Sequence record: MK773491.1
Reading direction: 5' to 3' (one strand)
Length of the DNA stretch: 64,000 nucleotides
Below are positions 57,761-64,000 of this stretch, one piece after another. The position numbers were made by a program, and so were the translations under genes. Positions within the stretch are counted from its first letter, which is position 1. The number at the start of each line of letters is the position of its first letter. Below the pieces are notes generated by a model, which saw only the letters and a program-made list of their open reading frames with translations, did no database searches and was not told the DNA's origin.

Positions 57761-58962
57761 GTTTACCTAAGAAGTTTTATGTAGCACGTTGCTATCGTAG
57801 CACAGAAGAAGTATTAGGCTTTATGGTTGTTGCTGATGCAGAACACACCAAAGCATTCCAAAAGAAAAAAGAAACTGCCGACCGCTGGGCTAGAGGAAGT
57901 GGTATTGACCCATTTTATGTTGAGAATACCCCACAAACGGGTTTCCAAATGGTTACCAATGTATCACGTTATAGTACTTCAAATGTTGTTTGGCGTGTTC
58001 GTCACCCTGAAGGTTTTGAGTTTGAAATCACTTCAGATAACTTCATGGATCTAATTGAGACCAGTACTATTATCGAAGGTGTAATTCAAGAAGAATTATT
58101 CTTCACTGAAAATCGTAAACTCGTAAGTGAGAAAACCAAACTCTTTGCTGATATGATTAAGAAGGAAGAGAAGAAAGAACAGCAAGCACAATTGCTTTCT
58201 GATTTCAAAGAAGGTGATCTATTCCAATTCGATGACGATAATTATCGTAATACTTTCTCAGATACATACCAGTACTGTGGAAAATATCACGTGCTTGTTA
58301 TGAACAAAAACAAACCACTATGTATTCCTGATAAATCTTCTAAGAAAGAAGTAGTTCTTAATACTAAAACTGGTAAGTACTACATCCGTACTAAAATTGC
58401 TTCTCAAGCAATCAGAAAGGTTGGTCATCAAGCTATTGACCGTGAATCTGTGGTAGAAGCACTAAACACTACATTACGTGATCCATTTAAAAGTTACAAA
58501 AGTGGTGGTTGGGATGTAATGGATGATCATTATAAACTTGTGGTGGCTGGCAATGAGAAACCATTCAAACTAGCAGATTGCACGGTCGAATATACTGATA
58601 TTGATCCTAAAACAATCCGTACATACATCGACCAGTATTTTGCATACTTTGAACATAATGGTAAAATTATGCGTGTACTTGGTGCATGTAGTAATTATAC
58701 TGGTTATTATTCTACAAGGAATAAAAATCTTCAAGAAAGTTGGTCAGCAGCAGATGAAATGTTCTCATATAATGCAGAACTATTAGAAAATGGTCAGTTG
58801 CATATGCCAGAAGTTGATCTAACTACTCACCAAGGATTTAGTGGCTACCGTAGTGAATCACCATTTTATGGTTTCAGCAATTATGGTACACGTGAACATA
58901 ATTTGTGCTTCACACGGATTCCAGAAACAATCAAGTTCGGAACAGTAAAAATCGGGAAGTAA
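57757..58962 (+). CDS. Conserved phage hypothetical protein (VWRVRHPEGFEFEIT)
   Basis: Start moved to ATG 57757 after GGAGGT. Confidence 0.85.
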   Translation: MSLPKKFYVARCYRSTEEVLGFMVVADAEHTKAFQKKKETADRWARGSGIDPFYVENTPQTGFQMVTNVSRYSTSNVVWRVRHPEGFEFEITSDNFMDLIETSTIIEGVIQEELFFTENRKLVSEKTKLFADMIKKEEKKEQQAQLLSDFKEGDLFQFDDDNYRNTFSDTYQYCGKYHVLVMNKNKPLCIPDKSSKKEVVLNTKTGKYYIRTKIASQAIRKVGHQAIDRESVVEALNTTLRDPFKSYKSGGWDVMDDHYKLVVAGNEKPFKLADCTVEYTDIDPKTIRTYIDQYFAYFEHNGKIMRVLGACSNYTGYYSTRNKNLQESWSAADEMFSYNAELLENGQLHMPEVDLTTHQGFSGYRSESPFYGFSNYGTREHNLCFTRIPETIKFGTVKIGK

Positions 58963-58990
58963 TACTTCCCTTTTACATCATGGAGGATGT

Positions 58991-60421
58991 ATGTCAATTC
59001 TATCAATTCTAAATGAAATTAAAGACAATTCTAGTACACTAGCCAAGAAAGCTATTCTAGAAAGTCATAAAAATAATGAAGTACTTAAACAAGTACTTAA
59101 ACTAACTCTAGATCCAAGTATTGTTAGTGGTTATAAGAAACTTCCTTCTGCAATTGAAAATGAAGAGAAGTATGACCTCCAGACTGCCCTTGATAAGTTA
59201 GATGCAATCTATACTCGTCTTTATACTGGTCATGCTGGTCGTGATTATATTGCTAATATTCTTGGTTCTGTATCAGAAGAAGACGCTGATGTAATTTGTC
59301 GAGTACTAACAAAAGACTTGGCATGTGGTATTCAAGAAAAGAATGTCAATGATGTATTTGGTAAAGGCTTTATCAAAGACGAACCATATATGCGTTGTTC
59401 ACTAATTGATACTAAAACTGCTGCTAACATTGAATTTGATACATACGGCTATGCGGTATCAGAAGTTAAAATGGATGGACAGTACTTAAACCATACTGTT
59501 ATTAATGGTGCACTAACCTGTACTTCTCGTAATGGTAAAGTATATGACTTCCTAGGTAGTCGTGATGAACTAATGGCTAAACTCGCTTCTCGAATTCAAG
59601 AACGTGATCCACGTTTTGCTAGTGGTGTAGTATTCAATGGTGAATGTCTCGTTATGGATGAATTTGGTCAAATTCTACCACGTGAAACGGGCAATGGCAT
59701 CGTTCAGAAAGCAGGTAAGGGGTCTATGACCGTTGCGGAATCCATGCGTGTGGTGTTCGTTCTATGGGACGTATTGCCCTTTGATGCATTCCGTGAAGGT
59801 ATCTGGGATGTTAAGCGTGGTGAACGCCGTACTATCCTAGAAGAAGCAATCTGCTTTGTTGATTCTGAATTCATCCGTATGGTTGAGTACGAAAAAGTAC
59901 TAAACATTGAGGAAGCATTTGAATACAACAAATATCTAATGGATCGTGGTGAAGAAGGTTCTGTACTAAAATGTGAAGGTGGGATTTGGAAATCTCATAC
60001 TTCTCCTAAACAACTTAAAATGAAACTAAAAATGCAAATTGATTTGCGGGTTGTTGGTTTCTTGCCCGGTGAAGGTAAACGTAAAGGTGTTCTAGGTTCG
60101 TTAGTACTTGAATCTGAAGATGGAATTTTGACTACAAACTGCGGTACAGGTATCAAAGAGAAAGATGCTGAATGGACATTCAAAAGCATTTGGGAAAAGC
60201 AGGATGAGTTACTAGGTAAAGTTGTTACTGTTGAATGTAATGATTTAACTCAAGATAAGAAAACTCTAATACCTAAAGTATTTCTACCTGTATTTGTGGA
60301 ATTCCGTTTTGATAAAGATACATGTGATACACACGAACGTATTCTAGAAATCCGCGAATCAGCAGTGGAAGTGTTTACCCGTTCGATTACAGAAGCACTA
60401 AAGAAAGGTAAAAAGAAATAA
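58991..60421 (+). CDS. ATP-dependent DNA ligase
   Basis: EVKMDGQY, FNGECL, FVLWDV, EEGSVLK, MKLK; T4 gp30-like N-terminus. Confidence 0.95.
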   Translation: MSILSILNEIKDNSSTLAKKAILESHKNNEVLKQVLKLTLDPSIVSGYKKLPSAIENEEKYDLQTALDKLDAIYTRLYTGHAGRDYIANILGSVSEEDADVICRVLTKDLACGIQEKNVNDVFGKGFIKDEPYMRCSLIDTKTAANIEFDTYGYAVSEVKMDGQYLNHTVINGALTCTSRNGKVYDFLGSRDELMAKLASRIQERDPRFASGVVFNGECLVMDEFGQILPRETGNGIVQKAGKGSMTVAESMRVVFVLWDVLPFDAFREGIWDVKRGERRTILEEAICFVDSEFIRMVEYEKVLNIEEAFEYNKYLMDRGEEGSVLKCEGGIWKSHTSPKQLKMKLKMQIDLRVVGFLPGEGKRKGVLGSLVLESEDGILTTNCGTGIKEKDAEWTFKSIWEKQDELLGKVVTVECNDLTQDKKTLIPKVFLPVFVEFRFDKDTCDTHERILEIRESAVEVFTRSITEALKKGKKK

Positions 60422-60846
60422 TGTCGAATTCATTCATGATATATATAATTCCAGAACATATTAGATTGGATGGTAAAACTGGAAATCTAGCGATTATTTC
60501 TACGCCATCAACAGATGTTGACAAATATGGTGTACCAATCATTTCCGGCTATACACGTTTATTGTACTTATCTGAAGCTGTTTATGAATATAACATTGAT
60601 ACAGATTCATATTTTGTATTAAAAAATAGAATGGGAAATGTTAATTCAGAAATGTATTGTTCATTTCGTGATTTAGTTGATAGTACTGAATTATTATTCA
60701 TGAATGAAAGCATTGGTACTGAACCTTTATCTAATTTTGTTGTTAATGTCAGAACACCGACGATTGCTAAAAATTACAAATGTACAAAAATAAATGTTGA
60801 CAAAATGACTCATCCTGAGATATACTTGTCAGCATTGATTGGATAG
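60421..60846 (+). CDS. Hypothetical protein
   Basis: TAATG coupling. Confidence 0.75.
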   Translation: MSNSFMIYIIPEHIRLDGKTGNLAIISTPSTDVDKYGVPIISGYTRLLYLSEAVYEYNIDTDSYFVLKNRMGNVNSEMYCSFRDLVDSTELLFMNESIGTEPLSNFVVNVRTPTIAKNYKCTKINVDKMTHPEIYLSALIG

Positions 60847-60855
60847 GAGATAGTC

Positions 60856-61647
60856 ATGAAATTTGTAGTCTTTTCAGATATACATGGTGGAAGTAATTAT
60901 CTTCACGATGATGATTATACTGATACCGTACTAATAATTGCTGGGGACTACGATGAGACTAAGCGTAGTCGTTACCGTGAAGGAATTGAACAGCATTGTA
61001 AACAATTCAAGAAAGTAATACTAGTCCCCGGTAATCATGAGTACTATGGTTCAAATATACATAAAACACATAAAGTACTACAAGAGATGGATGATGAAAT
61101 ATCTAATTTTATCTTTCTCCAGAATAATTATGTATGGATTGACGATGTACTAATTATTGGTAGTACTTTGTGGACAGACTTTGACAGGGGTAATCCTCTA
61201 GTGAAGTTTGATGCCAAAATGAAGATGAATGATTATAAACACATTCGTCACGGGCCAGAAAGTGAACCTTGGCGTAAGAAACTCACGGTTGAAGACGTTG
61301 AGTTCATGCACCACGTTTCTAAAAAATATATAAAAGAAACGGTTGACATGGAACGAAATTTGGTTCATAATGATTTCAAGATTGTGGTGGTAACACATCA
61401 CGCCCCAAGTTATCAAAGTGTGTCTCCAAGATATAACAATGATTCATTGAATGGTTGTTACTGTTCAGATATGGATCAATACATTGAAGAACTCCAAGCT
61501 GACGTGTGGATTCATGGACACGTGCACAGCAATTTTGATTATCAAATTGGTAAAACCCGTATCATTTGCAATCCAAAAGGATATGAATCTTTTTCTGGAG
61601 CAAATGAAAACTTTGATTACAGTCCTAAATTTATTTTTGAAGTATAA
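60856..61647 (+). CDS. Calcineurin-like metallophosphoesterase
   Basis: SDIHG, AGD, PGNHEYY, THHAP, HGHVH. Confidence 0.9.
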   Translation: MKFVVFSDIHGGSNYLHDDDYTDTVLIIAGDYDETKRSRYREGIEQHCKQFKKVILVPGNHEYYGSNIHKTHKVLQEMDDEISNFIFLQNNYVWIDDVLIIGSTLWTDFDRGNPLVKFDAKMKMNDYKHIRHGPESEPWRKKLTVEDVEFMHHVSKKYIKETVDMERNLVHNDFKIVVVTHHAPSYQSVSPRYNNDSLNGCYCSDMDQYIEELQADVWIHGHVHSNFDYQIGKTRIICNPKGYESFSGANENFDYSPKFIFEV

Positions 61648-61662
61648 AAGAGGAATGAGAAT

Positions 61663-62340
61663 ATGAATAACAACATTATTGCAGCACCTTCCAACCTATC
61701 TGTTCCAATGGTAATTGAGCGTAGTAATGGTACAGAACGTGCTTATGATCTAGGTTCTCGTCTACTCCAAGACCGTGTTATCATGCTAGACGCTGGGTTT
61801 GATGACAGCATGGCACATATTGTAAAACAGTCCCTACTATGGCTAGAATCCCAAAGTAATGATCCTATCACACTTTATATCACCTCACCCGGTGGTTCAG
61901 TACACGCAGGTCTAGGGATTGCTGATATTGTATCTTGTATGCGTACTCCAATTCGTACAGTAGTTCTAGGTATGGCTGCTTCTATGGGTTGCTACATGCA
62001 AAGTACTATGGGTACTCCCGGAATGCGTCTAGCTGGTAAACGTGCTCAAATTATGGCACACCAAGTATCATCTGGTACACAAGGTACACTAGCTGACCAG
62101 AAAATCTCACTAGCACACAGCGAACTACTAGATGAAATGCTAGCACGTGAAATCGCAGAAGCTGTAGGGGTATCCTATGAACAGTACAAACTAGATACTG
62201 CTCGTGATATGTGGATGACTGCTGAACAAGCACTAAACTATGGTGAGAAGGGTTTCATTGATGGTATTATCATCGGTGATAAGAACGAAGATGGTAAACT
62301 ACTTGTTAAACGCCGTGGCGGTGTTGAGGAATGGGTATAA
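61663..62340 (+). CDS. clpP: ATP-dependent Clp protease proteolytic subunit
   Basis: SRLLQDRVIML, YITSPGGSV, GMAASMG (Ser), MAHQ (His), RDMWM (Asp). Confidence 0.95.
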   Translation: MNNNIIAAPSNLSVPMVIERSNGTERAYDLGSRLLQDRVIMLDAGFDDSMAHIVKQSLLWLESQSNDPITLYITSPGGSVHAGLGIADIVSCMRTPIRTVVLGMAASMGCYMQSTMGTPGMRLAGKRAQIMAHQVSSGTQGTLADQKISLAHSELLDEMLAREIAEAVGVSYEQYKLDTARDMWMTAEQALNYGEKGFIDGIIIGDKNEDGKLLVKRRGGVEEWV

Positions 62341-62633
62341 TGGACAAACTACTAGTGCGGGGCGTAAATGCCCCACAAGATGCAGAAGTTGTCAGTACTG
62401 AAGAGTTTATTACTCTAGCATTTGATCAAATTTCTGCAATTAGCTTGGATCTATCTTTTAGTAAAGAAAGCGGTGAAGTACTAGAAGGTATGAGTGATAT
62501 GCTTGAACTAATGAAAGCAATTCTTATCGCTAAGAACATCAATCCTATCAATTTATTTGTTACAGCAGAAAAACTACGTTCTGAAGAAGGAACTTTTTCA
62601 GACAAGAAAGCAGTACAACAGGAGCAAGAGTAA
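62340..62633 (+). CDS. Hypothetical protein
   Basis: TAATG coupling to clpP. Confidence 0.8.
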   Translation: MDKLLVRGVNAPQDAEVVSTEEFITLAFDQISAISLDLSFSKESGEVLEGMSDMLELMKAILIAKNINPINLFVTAEKLRSEEGTFSDKKAVQQEQE

Positions 62634-63076
62634 TGAGTACTAATCAGCAATACAAAGAAGGTTATCAATATTTCAAAGAAAACGGTGCAATGGATCTAGA
62701 TCTACTAAAACAACGTAGTCCTCTATTCCGTAGTGGTTACCGTAGTGCACAAGAAGAAGCTGCTAAGAAAAACAATGGCACCTTCCCAACTACGCTATAT
62801 GATATTCCTCGTCGTCCAGAAAACTTTGTTCCTACTTGGAATGATATTCTAGCAGCAACTCGTCGTCCACGTATGCGTAAGCTACACGCAGATCATATGA
62901 TTCCTCTACTAAATCTACTCATTCGTGAAGTAGAAAAGAATTGTGCTGACGTTACTCGCTATTCTGATGTACTTAAAAAAGTTGACACAGCTTTCGATAT
63001 CATGCTACAATATGGCTATGATGAAGGCATTCTAGACGAACGTGACCTAAAGCAATACGATTACGTTCCTAAGTAA
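62633..63076 (+). CDS. Hypothetical protein
   Basis: TAATG coupling; downstream terminator. Confidence 0.8.
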   Translation: MSTNQQYKEGYQYFKENGAMDLDLLKQRSPLFRSGYRSAQEEAAKKNNGTFPTTLYDIPRRPENFVPTWNDILAATRRPRMRKLHADHMIPLLNLLIREVEKNCADVTRYSDVLKKVDTAFDIMLQYGYDEGILDERDLKQYDYVPK

Positions 63077-63120
63077 ACACAAAAGGCCGCTTCATGCGGC
63101 CTATATTGTTCGAGGTGAAT

Positions 63121-63642
63121 ATGAAACTTAAAGTCTTTACAATGGAAGAAACTAAACAATTAATTGATGACCTGAATAAGTACTGGAAACTTTGTGCTGA
63201 AGTTACTAGTATTGCAAGGTTCCGTATTACTGAGGGTTTTGAATCTCATGTTCGTGATTACAAATGGGATTGGCGTTCGCCATTCACTCGCCGTGTTAAG
63301 TCTGTTGAAGATATGACTTATAAGATTTGTGGTGGACAGTTTCGTAGTACGTATTATGAATTCATGGAAAGTAAGGGATTTTCCGAATACCTTTCTTGCT
63401 GGTTTGGTGATTCAGATCCAAAATATTATTTTGTCCAAAAGCCATACAATGATATTGTAGAGGCTGCGGCACGTATTGGTTATTGGAAACAAGAACATAT
63501 TGCAACATTCCACGAATTACTAGAATTGTATGCTGAACATCCTCTAGTGCCGGAAGATAAAGATATTGAAATTATCAAGACTGTTCGTTCCCGTCTTGAA
63601 ATTCTTGAACACATGATGGAAGAATATAATAATGCAATATAA
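63121..63642 (+). CDS. Hypothetical protein
   Basis: Start moved to ATG 63121 after GAGGTG. Confidence 0.8.
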   Translation: MKLKVFTMEETKQLIDDLNKYWKLCAEVTSIARFRITEGFESHVRDYKWDWRSPFTRRVKSVEDMTYKICGGQFRSTYYEFMESKGFSEYLSCWFGDSDPKYYFVQKPYNDIVEAAARIGYWKQEHIATFHELLELYAEHPLVPEDKDIEIIKTVRSRLEILEHMMEEYNNAI

Positions 63643-64000
63643 TTTAACAGAAGAACAAAGTACTAAATTCTATGAAGAATTGGTAGATGCAATCGAAACA
63701 ATCGATACTCTAAATGAACTTGCTATTGATACATTCAATAATTGGCATATTCAATACTTGGCTAATCACAAAAGTATTTTTGGATTTAAACCTTATAGTA
63801 TTGAAAAGTTCGGTAAGAAGATTACAATCGGTAAGGGTATTGAAATTGGTCAAAATCAAAAAAGACGTGTAATCTATAATGCTGATGGTTGGGGTGCTAA
63901 TCTCCGTACTACAAAGATTGCCAAACTAACCGGACGTTCATTCTTGGATGTATTGGGTGAAGTCAATCTAGTAAGTGCTGCATGTACATCATTTGTTTAT
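63632..64000 (+). CDS. Partial hypothetical protein (runs off right edge)
   Basis: MQYNLTEEQSTKFYEEL..., open to the window end. Confidence 0.7.
   Translation, partial: MQYNLTEEQSTKFYEELVDAIETIDTLNELAIDTFNNWHIQYLANHKSIFGFKPYSIEKFGKKITIGKGIEIGQNQKRRVIYNADGWGANLRTTKIAKLTGRSFLDVLGEVNLVSAACTSFVY

Noticed and set aside
2890-62668. Many minus-strand and alternative-frame ORFs in the track (e.g. 5391-5684, 15530-15814, 26999-27364, 51801-52169)
   Set aside because: They are shadows of + strand genes that have promoters, RBSs and coupling
1-64000. Prophage or mobile-element signatures (integrase, transposase, homing endonuclease)
   Set aside because: No such motifs recognised in any ORF

Overview
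64 kb segment of a large, AT-rich (roughly 35% GC by eye) lytic dsDNA phage with sigma70-type promoters and an enterobacterial Chi motif. It is most likely a jumbo myovirus of the RaK2/GAP32/121Q/PBECO4-like group; this is inferred from gene content and not database-checked. Layout: (i) 1-1013, partial minus-strand beta-propeller/RCC1-like gene. (ii) 1020-2600, non-coding region with dense AGTACT, direct repeats, a back-to-back Chi palindrome and a Fur-box-like array. (iii) 2.6-21.8 kb, early region of about 50 small genes, most with their own repeated promoter cassette. It includes H-NS-like, TraR/DksA, ADP-ribosyltransferase-like and kinase genes, at least 14 co-oriented Chi sites, and 10 promoter-driven non-coding units sharing an RCCC-N3-GGGTGC hairpin. 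(iv) 22-36.9 kb and 45.6-49.6 kb, about 30 extremely diverged, translationally coupled ~150-220 aa paralogs sharing an acidic-x-FQ-x-S/T motif. (v) 41.2-41.85 kb, a highly structured non-coding region. (vi) Recognisable enzymes: DNA adenine methyltransferase, HxGH nucleotidyltransferase, RelA/SpoT-type HD hydrolase, RNA ligase 1, polynucleotide kinase/phosphatase, Ser/Thr phosphatase, PTH2-like protein, ATP-dependent DNA ligase, metallophosphoesterase and ClpP. No tRNA, rRNA, CRISPR array, integrase or transposase was seen. All counts were made by eye.
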